The notes: generated by a model from the sequence alone, not told the origin. 64,000 nucleotides of DNA from an uncultured Pseudobdellovibrionaceae bacterium (GCA_963803705.1 CAWDNU010000003.1:333485-397484), one strand, 5' to 3'. Counted from the first letter of the stretch, positions 19,867 through 29,943 are shown. Numbers and translations: made by a program.

Positions 19867-21294
19867 TTAGTTGCCCATACTGGAGCTACTACTGGGAGTA
19901 CCACCATCATCACCATCAAAGCCTGAACCCATGCCCTGGTCACCGCCGTCACCGTCACTTCCGTCGCCATCGCTAAATGTTGGCGGTGGCGGGGGGGAGT
20001 ATACACAGCCAGCAGCTTGAGTTCCCCCACCATTTGCACAATAACCTGGGCCAGTGTAGCTTGCAGGACAACTTGTACAGCTAGGAAGAGCTACTGCAGG
20101 AAATCCGCCTCCTATGGGCGTTCTTGAAATATTGTGTGCAGCATCTACAGCTACTACCTCTATTCGTGGGCTGCATCCAAGACTAATACCAGAAAAACTT
20201 AGGTTAAATCCATTTGGAAGCTCCACAAAACTGTCAGCTGACCTTCCACATAAGGTGACAGTCTTACAGCTTTTCCAACCATCGTTAGGCAGGACCGGAG
20301 TTCTAATTGGCCCCCCTGGACACAATGGTTTCGTATTAGAAGCAACAGGTGACCCCGAGCTGTCCCTGCAGACTAATGCGATAGCTTTTTCGGTTTTAAA
20401 CTCTGGATTAAAGCGTATCTGAACTTCCGGTTCTAGTGTTTGAGTGCAAGTTCCTAAGGGCCCGGTAGAGATGTTTACAGTAGGGGATAATAAATCGGTG
20501 TCTGAAGGGGGGATTTTTGGATAGTTAAAAACTGAACTGGCATCACAATTTGAGTTATTATCGTCACTATCGGTATACGAAGTATTAACAGTTACAAGAA
20601 AACCTAAATTTGCTACGGAATTAAGTTCAGGTAATATATCACCACCCATAAAGTCCGCAGTCTGTGATGAGCTTATATCAACACCAGCAGGCCTAATGCT
20701 TAAAGGAAGCGTTGGACAACTTAAGTTTCCGTTTACCAAATTGATGGCCTGAATTCTAATTTTTGATTGTATGTTTCGAAGATGGCCCACATCTAGAGTT
20801 TCAACCAATTCGGCAGTTCCTACATTATTATAAACTATGCCATCAGGGTTCGTACAAAAATTAGGATCAGAGTTGTACAAAGAATTTAGTAAAGACATCG
20901 ATCCAATTAAAGCCTTATGATTACGTAGATAAAGTGTGGCACCGTCCTGACGAAAAAGTTCGGCATTTCCCACGAGCCAATCTTGATCATTGCTAATAAA
21001 GTTTAACATATTCATAGAAGTTGGCGCTGAACGACTCATAGATCCTTCAGATCCACCGTAGCTTAAAACGTTTACAGATTTAACAGCTCCTGTTGATTTA
21101 ATTTTGTCGACAATGTCTTGTGACCTTTGTAAGCATGCTGCAAAGTGTGAGTTTTTGATCTGAGACATTCTAGTAGAGCTAAAAACGGTGAAAGATACAG
21201 CTACAATCGATAGCAAAGCAATGGCTATTAAAGATTCAACAAGTGAAAATCCAAATTCCTTTGCTCTTGCCCTTTTTTTGAATTTTATCATCAC
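19867..21294 (-). CDS. Type IV pilin-like protein with Cys-rich region and Pro/Asp/Gly-rich tail
   Basis: Basic leader then G|FSLVESLIAIALLSIV; C-terminus PPPPPTFSDGDGSDGDGGDQGMGSGFDGDDGG. Confidence 0.85.
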   Translation of the reverse strand: MMIKFKKRARAKEFGFSLVESLIAIALLSIVAVSFTVFSSTRMSQIKNSHFAACLQRSQDIVDKIKSTGAVKSVNVLSYGGSEGSMSRSAPTSMNMLNFISNDQDWLVGNAELFRQDGATLYLRNHKALIGSMSLLNSLYNSDPNFCTNPDGIVYNNVGTAELVETLDVGHLRNIQSKIRIQAINLVNGNLSCPTLPLSIRPAGVDISSSQTADFMGGDILPELNSVANLGFLVTVNTSYTDSDDNNSNCDASSVFNYPKIPPSDTDLLSPTVNISTGPLGTCTQTLEPEVQIRFNPEFKTEKAIALVCRDSSGSPVASNTKPLCPGGPIRTPVLPNDGWKSCKTVTLCGRSADSFVELPNGFNLSFSGISLGCSPRIEVVAVDAAHNISRTPIGGGFPAVALPSCTSCPASYTGPGYCANGGGTQAAGCVYSPPPPPTFSDGDGSDGDGGDQGMGSGFDGDDGGTPSSSSSMGN

Positions 21295-21392
21295 AAAGAA
21301 CTCCTAGCTCTGGTTATATAATTTGTTAAAATAGAGTTAAAATCTCTTTCCCATATCTTACCCTGTATCTTACCCTGTATCTTAACAATAAC

Positions 21393-21419
21393 TTATCGGT
21401 TACAGAAATTATGTCCTGA
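21393..21419 (-). promoter_or_regulatory. sigma28 (FliA)-type promoter upstream of the pilin genes
   Basis: Minus strand TCAG-N15-ACCGATAA. Confidence 0.6.
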
Positions 21420-21532
21420 AGTCCGGGTATCTTTGTGCTTCTCTGTTACCAACTCAGACTGTATTAGAGGGATTTTTTTTTATAAGATTTACTTTAGTTA
21501 TCTGACTGAAACATTTAGGCAACACTTAGCAC

Positions 21533-22822
21533 CTATGGTTCTAAAATAAGAAGTGGATTCGAACTATTGGGTGACAGCAGTAAGAAATTGTTTCCCACGC
21601 CAACCTGATTGGAAATAGAGCTTTTGAGATCTACAGATTCAACAAGACTTAGGTTTTCGAACCTTAAAAAGCAGAATTTATCTTTTGAACATCCTGCTGC
21701 AATAAATTTTTTACCCTTGTATTCTAGAATTACTGGACTAGCTTGCCTAGACTCCCTATTCATCTTTATTTTGAAATAAGCCAGGCGCTTACCAGTGCTC
21801 AAATTAATCTTATGAATCCCGTTAGCGGCGTTTACAAAACCAACACCTAGGTCTGGATCAATTGCAACGCTGCTCTGATTAAATTTTGGAACCAAATATG
21901 TCCATAAAACCCTGCCATCAAATTTACTTAGGCAATAAATTTTACCATCCCACGAAGAAATATATATTTTATCGTCCCATACACTTGGGGTTGATTTGAC
22001 AGGAGCACCAAAGTCTTGGGTCCAAACAACTCTACCTGTGCTTTTAGAAATAGCTCTAAAGGTGTTGTTATTATCGCCGATGAAGATGTTGCTCTTATCA
22101 GCTGCCGGCGTAGAGTGGCTTTGGTTTCCCAAGGGCTCGCTAGTCCAGACCACTTCATTTGTTATCAAATTTAGTTTTACAACGTAGCCATCTGGCCGAA
22201 CGGTTTCGAAGTTCAAATAAAGGTGATTTCCTTCTAGAAGAGGGGTAGCCCCAAAAGTATTTCCGAATTGGGCCATCCAAATAACCTTTTTTGTGCTTAG
22301 ATCTAAAAAGTAAAACCGCCCTGTGTAGTCACCTATAAAAGCAACGTCTTGGATTATTATTGGCGTGCTGTGAAACCCAAAGCCCTTGTTGAATAAGCTT
22401 AAAGTCCAATATAGAATTTTATTTTTATACACTTCAACAATCCCTTGGTCGCCTGCCACAATGGTATAAGGGTCTAAATGCATTGGCGTAGACTTACTAG
22501 CGCCATGACCTGAGTAGTTAATATTTGTTTCACCTATTGAATTCAATTTTAGGTCTATTGGATCGAATTTTATTTTAAAGTATCCTTGCCTAAGGGCTCC
22601 CCCGCGGTACTGCGCTATTTTATTTGATTTAAGAATTGCCTTCAGCCTTGATGGTTTAATTTCATTGACATGAAATATATTAGGTTTAAAGAACTTATGC
22701 CGGTTGTAATAGGTAGACCGAATTTCTAGTTGTGTGGGATTATAGATAAAAACAACTACGAATACTAAAGACAGGGCAACCAGCAAATAGAAAAAAAGTA
22801 ATTTAAATTTGTTTACAAACAT
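21533..22822 (-). CDS. Membrane-anchored PQQ-like beta-propeller protein; start reassigned to ATG 22822
   Basis: Repeats H/KSTP....IYIG/S..DG..Y.L...G.V.W; N-terminal TM after MFVNKFK. Confidence 0.8.
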   Translation of the reverse strand: MFVNKFKLLFFYLLVALSLVFVVVFIYNPTQLEIRSTYYNRHKFFKPNIFHVNEIKPSRLKAILKSNKIAQYRGGALRQGYFKIKFDPIDLKLNSIGETNINYSGHGASKSTPMHLDPYTIVAGDQGIVEVYKNKILYWTLSLFNKGFGFHSTPIIIQDVAFIGDYTGRFYFLDLSTKKVIWMAQFGNTFGATPLLEGNHLYLNFETVRPDGYVVKLNLITNEVVWTSEPLGNQSHSTPAADKSNIFIGDNNNTFRAISKSTGRVVWTQDFGAPVKSTPSVWDDKIYISSWDGKIYCLSKFDGRVLWTYLVPKFNQSSVAIDPDLGVGFVNAANGIHKINLSTGKRLAYFKIKMNRESRQASPVILEYKGKKFIAAGCSKDKFCFLRFENLSLVESVDLKSSISNQVGVGNNFLLLSPNSSNPLLILEP

Positions 22823-23978
22823 CTTTATAATTCCGTATTTCGGTATATTTGGTTTGAGTGGTTCGTTTAGATTCCAGTAGAAATAAAAACTTTTTTTCAG
22901 GGTTTCTTTCACATAACCGACGTAAAAAAGAATCAAAGACAACAGGGTCACATCTAACCCTAAGAGACCTAGCCAACCCAGGGATATCTACAGAGACTAC
23001 GTCCGAATTAGATTTTATTTCATATAAAGTGTTTCTACACACTAACCTAGCGTCAAGCATATTCAGTGACAAGTATCTTACGTATCCGTCCATGGCTGCA
23101 TCAAATGGTTGCAATCTGACAGTCAAATTCCAAACAAGCAACAGCACTATGAACAGTGATGAGACTGTCTGTGGTACGTTCTTAAAATCAAAAAAATTCA
23201 TAGATGGTTTAAGACTCTCGTTTTTAAGGTAAGAAGCAATTTCAATATAAAAAAGTGGAAATAATAAACCTGTCATTATAAGCGGGTAATACATTCCTAC
23301 CACTAATATTGAGTACAAATGAAAAAGAAAGAGCTGCAGTAAAGTAAGCCTTCTAAGAAAAGCGCTTTTAGCCATCAAGCCCCAAATTAAGACTAACTCT
23401 AATACTGGAACATAAGCTAAGCTTAGGACTTGAAAAGGCCCCTTAAATAAATATTGACTATATGTTGTTAACGAAGCCCCTGACAGCCATTCAAGATTTA
23501 GCTTTAAAAGACCAGCAAAGAAGTACTGCAGGCACAAGACAAACCGGTATTTACCCAAAGAGTATCTGTCTAGTAGGGTGATTATTATCATTGTTAAATG
23601 CATGGTGTGATAATTACCCATCATATTATAACGAGACAGTAAAATGGTGGCTTTTAAAAAGAATAAGAAAACAAATAGTCTATAAAAAACTTTCTTTTTA
23701 CCTATCAGAATTAGAAAGATAGTTGCTACACTTATGATTAAATAGCTAAAAAAAATGACTTTTATGTAAAGCAAATCACTAAAAACTAGTTTGTAACAAT
23801 TTTTAAATACTGGATAGCAATAAATTTGATGGTTTTCTAGACTGTAATTTAACCATACTGATCTTAAAATCCAAAAGTAAGCAGTAACTAAATGTGAAAA
23901 AGTTAATCCTAGCAGGATAGAGCTGTAATAGTTGTATTTGATCTTACTTAAAATTCTTTTAGTAATTAGATAAACCAT
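22803..23978 (-). CDS. HTTM / vitamin-K-dependent carboxylase-like membrane protein
   Basis: Multi-TM; GNYH, QYFFAGLLKLNLEWLSG, LEL, FHLY, SLNMLDA motifs. Confidence 0.65.
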   Translation of the reverse strand: MVYLITKRILSKIKYNYYSSILLGLTFSHLVTAYFWILRSVWLNYSLENHQIYCYPVFKNCYKLVFSDLLYIKVIFFSYLIISVATIFLILIGKKKVFYRLFVFLFFLKATILLSRYNMMGNYHTMHLTMIIITLLDRYSLGKYRFVLCLQYFFAGLLKLNLEWLSGASLTTYSQYLFKGPFQVLSLAYVPVLELVLIWGLMAKSAFLRRLTLLQLFLFHLYSILVVGMYYPLIMTGLLFPLFYIEIASYLKNESLKPSMNFFDFKNVPQTVSSLFIVLLLVWNLTVRLQPFDAAMDGYVRYLSLNMLDARLVCRNTLYEIKSNSDVVSVDIPGLARSLRVRCDPVVFDSFLRRLCERNPEKKFLFLLESKRTTQTKYTEIRNYKDVCKQI

Positions 23979-24396
23979 ATTTAACCGAATTTTTGAAAGT
24001 TGTGTTTTTTATTTTGCATTTGTTTATATTCGAAAAACTTAGATCTGAGTTAATAAACTTTACGTTTGTTAATTCGCATTCTTTAAAAACTGTTCCATTT
24101 ATCCTTGCATTTAAAAAAGTAGTGTCCTTAACTTTAAACGATTCAACATGCATGCCCTGCATATTAAGACCTACTATTGTGCTGTTCCGTATATCAAGGT
24201 TTGACCCACGTTTGTGATTAAAATACAAAATTTTAAGATTCGCATTTTCAAGCTTAGTTTCTCTTTTTAAAACTTTACCTTTCTCAAACCAAGAGTTTGG
24301 AAAAAGTATGACATCCTTAAAATTATTTTCTTCTGTTGCAAAAAGACTTATCGAGCTAAAAAGCATGATAAGAAAAATTGAGCTAACCCATTTCAT
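23959..24396 (-). CDS. Exported pentapeptide-repeat protein; start reassigned to ATG 24396
   Basis: Signal peptide; TKLEN-ANLKI, TTFLN-ARING-TVFKE-CELTN-VKFIN-SDLSF repeats. Confidence 0.75.
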   Translation of the reverse strand: MKWVSSIFLIMLFSSISLFATEENNFKDVILFPNSWFEKGKVLKRETKLENANLKILYFNHKRGSNLDIRNSTIVGLNMQGMHVESFKVKDTTFLNARINGTVFKECELTNVKFINSDLSFSNINKCKIKNTTFKNSVKYGLSNY

Positions 24397-24485
24397 ACAT
24401 ACAATGCTAAGGGCAGGGTTAATTTGAGGCAACCAGTTTATGGTCTTTTGATTCTCTATAACTTAGATTTAAGGTGCAAGATATT

Positions 24486-25928
24486 TTACCATCTACAGTC
24501 CAGTAGGTTAGTCTGGTCCGGAATGTAACTGTAAGAGTATAACTTATAAAACCACCACGGCTTTCGTGTACCTAGATGGTTCCTTATATTATTTTGGTCT
24601 AGGTGAATTATATGATTATCTTCAACAAATTTAATTTCGAAATTTTCACCGGGGCGATTTTGTTCAAAGCTACGAAGCGCTACGAAAAGTCCTGACTTGC
24701 TCATCCAGTCGTTTTTCTTTCGACCGGCCATTAAAAACGACCTTGGTTTAACTGATTTGATCTGAATAAGCTTTTTATCATGATCAAATAAGTTAAATTT
24801 TTTCATAAAGAAGTGGTTGTTATAGGGCCCTACAATTTTCAAGTTTGAAAACATGGTAAAGTTTCCAGAGGCTTTAAATCCATAGTAAGGCATCATTGCG
24901 TAAACGCATAAAAGCAAGATTTGAAATGCTAACATCAGATCTAGTCTAATGAACCTATAACCAATTAAATCACTAACGGCCGAATCTGTGCCGCTATTGT
25001 ATAGAAAATATGACAAAGCCAATATCAAAATCAAGCCTTGTAGAGTTTGAAGTTCGGTAGTGACTTCTAAAAATACGAATCGACCAATTAAACATAAGGG
25101 TATAACGAAAATAGATGCTGAAAAATAAACTACAGAATTTTTGAACCACAACCCTGTGTTTTGCTTAAAGCCAGGCACAAACAGCAATAGGATTGCAAAA
25201 GCTAAAGAAGAGAAATCTGAAAAACCTCCTAGCGCTAGATAAGAATGGAGGAAGAACAAAAAATATAGACCATAAATTCTAGTTGATTTAAAAATTAGTA
25301 GTATTGGGCTTACTACTTCAATAATTCCCACCATATTAGGTGAGGTGTGGCTGATGATCCACGGAAGGTCAGATGTCTGTATTGATATAAAAAATCTTTT
25401 TAGCAATTTAACGTGGTACCAATTTGCGCAAGATTTAATAGGATCGTAGAAATCAAAGTTCAGCTTATGAAGAGCTGCCATAATGTATACAGCGATCATG
25501 GCGCACAAAAGATAAATCCTGTAATTAATTAGATTGAGTCTAAATTTACCTCTTTTTAAAAAATTTATTATATAAATACTAATAAATATAAAAGTTAAAA
25601 ATGTACTTAGGGTAAAGTGGTTGGCACCTCTTGGCCATTCGTAAATGTAAATAGGTAGCATAGTTATAAGAAATATCGCAAAGAGCTGATTGATTCTAAT
25701 AAGCCAATTAGAAAAACCTTTCAGATGGCTTCGACTTAAAGATTTTTTTGCACCTATTAGTAATCCTAAAAAAAAAATTAAGAATGCAAGCGTTAAGATC
25801 GCAGCTTCTGTGTGCGCTAGATACCTAAAGTTATGATAAACTAAAAAAGATAAATATAATAATATAAAACCAACATCAAAAAGTAAACTTTTAAGACCTT
25901 GATAAGAGTGCTTACTTTTTAAATTCAT
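24486..25928 (-). CDS. HTTM / vitamin-K-dependent carboxylase-like membrane protein
   Basis: Multi-TM; GANH, VYIMAALHKLNFDF, IIE, FLH, DFS, PY.G......FTMFSNL. Confidence 0.65.
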   Translation of the reverse strand: MNLKSKHSYQGLKSLLFDVGFILLYLSFLVYHNFRYLAHTEAAILTLAFLIFFLGLLIGAKKSLSRSHLKGFSNWLIRINQLFAIFLITMLPIYIYEWPRGANHFTLSTFLTFIFISIYIINFLKRGKFRLNLINYRIYLLCAMIAVYIMAALHKLNFDFYDPIKSCANWYHVKLLKRFFISIQTSDLPWIISHTSPNMVGIIEVVSPILLIFKSTRIYGLYFLFFLHSYLALGGFSDFSSLAFAILLLFVPGFKQNTGLWFKNSVVYFSASIFVIPLCLIGRFVFLEVTTELQTLQGLILILALSYFLYNSGTDSAVSDLIGYRFIRLDLMLAFQILLLCVYAMMPYYGFKASGNFTMFSNLKIVGPYNNHFFMKKFNLFDHDKKLIQIKSVKPRSFLMAGRKKNDWMSKSGLFVALRSFEQNRPGENFEIKFVEDNHIIHLDQNNIRNHLGTRKPWWFYKLYSYSYIPDQTNLLDCRW

Positions 25929-26692
25929 TTAGCTTGATTCAAATTCCAATTATAATTCATGTATCTAATTTTAATTTTTCTGGCTTCGGAGTTTTTACTT
26001 TTGGGCGAAAATTTATTAATCACTTTAAGAACACCATTACCCCATTTTTCGAAATCATCTTTGTACCAGTCGAAAATTTTTGAAACCGTATAAACGTTGT
26101 TTTTTGAATTGACTTGGTTTTTAGTTTTGTCGTTTAGCCACAACTTCATCTGTTGATCAAGCTGATCATCCAGCTTAGAACCTAGATAGGGTTCAAATCT
26201 TAGGCTGGGGCAAGATATCGATGCACAGTTTACCGCGGCGTGAATTCTGTAGTCTTTGTATTTGGGACGGATCCATTTATGTTCGATAGTATCTAAATTT
26301 TTTATTTGACCATCTAGCAAACTAAAAAAATTTTGTTTCCATGCGCTTTTAAAAAAAGTGCCTATCTCTTTAATACTTTTTAAAGGATAGTTATCTAGGA
26401 TTAATTTTACAGTTAGAGCGTTATAAGCATTAATTAAAAATGCAAGTTGCTGGTTCTTGTTTAATTCACTAAACTCATTTCCTTTTAACTGCTGAATCGA
26501 GCTTATATACTTTACAAATTCGTGGTTCTTGTTCTCATTTACATCTTTTTTAAGGTCTTCGTATTTAAATAAGGCTTCATCGGATAAATAATTTGATAGA
26601 ACTGAGCCCCAAAGCGTGTGCTCGTGATCAAAAGCAACAGCATTCGAGCCTAATAGTAATAGTGCGGTAAAAACCAAATGTTTAAATTTCAC
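25925..26692 (-). CDS. DUF547 family exported protein
   Basis: FDH..W..VL, LAFLINAYNALT, LDTIEH, DYRIHAAVNCASISCP.L, SKIFDWYKDDF, YNWNLN. Confidence 0.9.
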   Translation of the reverse strand: MKFKHLVFTALLLLGSNAVAFDHEHTLWGSVLSNYLSDEALFKYEDLKKDVNENKNHEFVKYISSIQQLKGNEFSELNKNQQLAFLINAYNALTVKLILDNYPLKSIKEIGTFFKSAWKQNFFSLLDGQIKNLDTIEHKWIRPKYKDYRIHAAVNCASISCPSLRFEPYLGSKLDDQLDQQMKLWLNDKTKNQVNSKNNVYTVSKIFDWYKDDFEKWGNGVLKVINKFSPKSKNSEARKIKIRYMNYNWNLNQAK

Positions 26693-26906
26693 TTAAAACT
26701 CCTTATAACCAAACATAGCTAAGTATTTATGAAAGAAACTTCTTTTATAAATAATAGGTCAGCTAACAATAAATTTCTAGTTTTAAGAACACGATTTACT
26801 TTTAGTATGTATAGTAGCAAAAGACCAAAACCAAGTCCTTGACTACTTTTCTAAATATCATTGATTTCCTTGCAAATTATTTTGTCTGGTACATGGCTGT
26901 ACTTAT

Positions 26907-27671
26907 TTAGTAGTGTCTTACCGCAAATGTTTGAGTCATTCTGCTGCGACCGGAGCAACCAGTTCCACCATTAAGGCAAAAAGTGACACTAAAACACTCT
27001 GTGTGACTTCGAGTGCAATTTATAAAGTTAGAACCTACCTGTGTCGGAGCAGAATCAGTTGGCAGTTCAATTCTGGCTCCTGCTTCTGTAGTTGGCATCA
27101 CAACAGTTCCCATTGCGTCCACCACAGGCGGTATATAAGTGGCAGCCTCTGTGTATTCACGCACAGGCTGCATGGCGCTGAAGGGGTCGTTAACGTTGCC
27201 ACTTCCGCCATTATTTCCACCATTGCTTCCACCAATACTTCCACTATTGCTTCCACTACTGCTATAACTGGCATGCGCTGTTTTAATCATTTGGTTTATA
27301 GCGAACCTGTGTATAGATGGAGTGTTAAAGTTTTGAACTATGCTTTGCGAGCTAGAAATACAGATGTCTCTGCCTCGGGTCTGAGAGGAGTTAAAGCAAT
27401 TGTCCGCATCTAAATTAACCCAGCATAGTTTTACCGGTGCAACTGCCGCTACATTTTGTAGCTCACGGCTTCCCACCGGGCAGCCAGAAAGCTGCTGGCC
27501 TAAATCGTAAGCAAGCTTCACAGTAGAACTTAAAGATTCTACCATTTCAATTTTTTGATACATCTCTTTGTAAGCTGAACTTGTTTGTACCTTCTTCATA
27601 TGAATATCGTTGATACTACTTATAATAAAACCATTTAAAGCTATTATCATGGCTACGAATGCGATTTGCAT
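26907..27671 (-). CDS. Membrane-anchored minor-pilin-like protein with Gly/Ser/Asn insert
   Basis: N-terminal hydrophobic helix, several Cys pairs, SSSGSNSGSIGGSNGGNNGGSG tract; no canonical G|F site. Confidence 0.5.
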   Translation of the reverse strand: MQIAFVAMIIALNGFIISSINDIHMKKVQTSSAYKEMYQKIEMVESLSSTVKLAYDLGQQLSGCPVGSRELQNVAAVAPVKLCWVNLDADNCFNSSQTRGRDICISSSQSIVQNFNTPSIHRFAINQMIKTAHASYSSSGSNSGSIGGSNGGNNGGSGNVNDPFSAMQPVREYTEAATYIPPVVDAMGTVVMPTTEAGARIELPTDSAPTQVGSNFINCTRSHTECFSVTFCLNGGTGCSGRSRMTQTFAVRHY

Positions 27672-27707
27672 ATAAGCTCCCTTTAAAATCTTAATCCTAC
27701 CAAATAC

Positions 27708-27734
27708 TTATCGGCATAGGTCTAGGTTATATAA
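27708..27734 (-). promoter_or_regulatory. sigma28-type promoter
   Basis: Perfect GCCGATAA -10 about 37 nt upstream of ATG 27671; AT-rich -35. Confidence 0.6.
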
Positions 27735-27955
27735 AAGATTTTTAAGGTCCTGATAGATTGGGTATCAAATTGGTACGAACTGTTGCGCTCTTAAGAAGTA
27801 AGATCTACTGGCTGATTCATTTTAGAACAGCTGACAATTGAACTTGGAGATGGCGCTATTTTCCATGTGAGGTAATATAGCAGGCCCTGCAAATGAACTT
27901 TTTAGACTCATAGTTAGAACAGCTAAAAGTGTAAAAATAAATAACAAAATTTGTT

Positions 27956-28987
27956 CTATAAAACCCATTTTCTTCTCTTTTGATTAGTTCGTTGTCTAGT
28001 ATCACCATTAGATCTTGAAGGTGCAATAGTGTTTTTAAATTTTGACTTCGAATCGACATGAAGTCTGGTAGTTTTATGTCCCATCTTGTAGTGGTGCCTG
28101 CAATTTTTAGAGCAGGTACGTATTGAAAGATCCCGAACATTTTTTTCTAAGCAGGTTTCACAAACCACGGTATCAATACCGCATTGTGCGCATTTAAAAA
28201 AACTTATTTTCGCTGGCTGCCCACAATGATGGCAGAGCACGAATTTCAATGTTGGTTTTAAACTTTGATCCAGGGCGACTCTGTGGTCAAAGACAAAGCA
28301 CTCTCCCTGAAATTCATCTTCAGGAAACTGTTCAATATAGTTTAAAATTCCACCATCCAACTGGTAAACATTTTCAAAGCCTTGGTTAAGCATTTCAACT
28401 GAAGCTTTTTCGCACCTTATTCCACCCGTACAGTACATTAGAACTGGCTCTTTTTTATCAAGACCCATTTGCCTCACCAGATCAGGAAATTCTGTAAATT
28501 CATTCATGTCGCAATTTAAAGCAGTTTTGAATTTACCGATCTCCATCTCGTAGGTATTTCTAACATCTAAAACAGTTGGGTTTTTGCTTTTAATAAATAA
28601 ATTCCACTCTTCAGGGCTTAGGCGGGATTCATTTCGTCCAGACAAGGGTTTCACATCGACTTTACCTAAGGTGACAATTTCCTTTTTAAATTTAACCTTG
28701 GTTCGTCTGAACGGCATGAAGTCAGATGTACTGTCTTTAAATTGTAAATCCATCACAGATCCAACACTACATAAAGATCTGACGTATTTTTTTAACATAT
28801 CAAAACTAGAAGGCGAAAATGCAGCCAAAGTACCATTGAACCCTTCGTTTCCTATTAGTAACAAACCGTAAATCTGGTTGGCCGTGCACCATGACTCTAT
28901 CTCATCGGATTTTTGTTTAAAATCGATGTCGCTAGGCCAAGTGAAGAAAAGGTAAAAAGAGGTAATATGAATTTTACTAGCGCTCAT
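27956..28987 (-). CDS. trhO: tRNA uridine(34) hydroxylase (rhodanese-domain, YceA/TrhO family)
   Basis: EGFNGT, DVRNTYE..IGKF, MYCTGGIRCEKA, GGILNY, GECFVFDHR. Confidence 0.88.
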   Translation of the reverse strand: MSASKIHITSFYLFFTWPSDIDFKQKSDEIESWCTANQIYGLLLIGNEGFNGTLAAFSPSSFDMLKKYVRSLCSVGSVMDLQFKDSTSDFMPFRRTKVKFKKEIVTLGKVDVKPLSGRNESRLSPEEWNLFIKSKNPTVLDVRNTYEMEIGKFKTALNCDMNEFTEFPDLVRQMGLDKKEPVLMYCTGGIRCEKASVEMLNQGFENVYQLDGGILNYIEQFPEDEFQGECFVFDHRVALDQSLKPTLKFVLCHHCGQPAKISFFKCAQCGIDTVVCETCLEKNVRDLSIRTCSKNCRHHYKMGHKTTRLHVDSKSKFKNTIAPSRSNGDTRQRTNQKRRKWVL

Positions 28988-29040
28988 AACTGCGGTATCT
29001 TATGCGTAATCCGGGCGGTGTCAAATTAGATTGGACGCGA

Positions 29041-29943
29041 ATGAAACATAATACTTCACCATTAAGTTTAAATAATTTAACTGTAAAATACGGTGATTTT
29101 GAAGCTGTAAAAAAATTAAATTTGAATCTCAAAAAAAGTGAGATCTTCGGCTTATTGGGGCCCAATGGCGCAGGCAAAACATCTGCCATAGCTTGCTTAG
29201 TTTCTTTGGAAAAGCCATTTTCTGGTGAAATTGATGTTTTTGGTCATAGCCTGCAAAAAAAACCCTTAATTGTGAAGTCTTTGATCGGCTACGTTCCCCA
29301 AGAAGTGATCAATCATGGGTTTTTTAGTGTAATTGAAATTATGAAGTTTCATTCTGGGTACTACGGATTGGTTAGAAATGACGACTATATCTTGTACATT
29401 CTAGAGCGTCTAAATCTTTTGGAACACAAACACAAGAAAGTAAAGCAGCTATCGGGTGGAATGAAAAGAAGGTTGATGATAGCCAAAGCTTTGGTGCACA
29501 AACCGAAACTAGTTTTGTTGGATGAGCCAACCGCCGGCGTAGATATTGAGCTACGCAGTTCACTTTGGACATTTGTTAAAGAGCTTAAAGAAGAAGGGGT
29601 TACCATACTTCTTACTACTCATTATCTAGAGGAAGCCCAAGCTTTGTGCGATCGAATAGGGATAATTAATCACGGTGAACTTTTGAAACTAGGCGATACT
29701 CAGTCGTTAATCGATGATTTGACACAAAGATTTCTGAAAGTTGAATTTAATAGATCTGTTCAAATAAAGCATAAGTTTTTACAATCAACAGAAAAAAATT
29801 CGGTGATTTTTAAAATGCCCTCGCAAACAAAAGTTGGGGACATCTTAAGGGATTTAGGTCCGCATCTATCAGATATTGAAGACATTCACCTTATTGAAGG
29901 AAGCTTAGAAGATGCTTTCAAAGTTATCCTTAGCTCTAAGTGA
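29041..29943 (+). CDS. ABC-2 transporter ATP-binding protein (YadG-like)
   Basis: GPNGAGKT, LSGGMKRR, LLDEPTAGVD, TTHYLEEA. Confidence 0.9.
   Translation: MKHNTSPLSLNNLTVKYGDFEAVKKLNLNLKKSEIFGLLGPNGAGKTSAIACLVSLEKPFSGEIDVFGHSLQKKPLIVKSLIGYVPQEVINHGFFSVIEIMKFHSGYYGLVRNDDYILYILERLNLLEHKHKKVKQLSGGMKRRLMIAKALVHKPKLVLLDEPTAGVDIELRSSLWTFVKELKEEGVTILLTTHYLEEAQALCDRIGIINHGELLKLGDTQSLIDDLTQRFLKVEFNRSVQIKHKFLQSTEKNSVIFKMPSQTKVGDILRDLGPHLSDIEDIHLIEGSLEDAFKVILSSK

Noticed and set aside
21354..21384. Short tandem repeats (tatcttaccctg here; atgttt near 40188; tttagcttaacgt near 62868) as phase-variation switches
   Set aside because: Two to four copies, intergenic, not within a promoter spacer; likely slippage duplications
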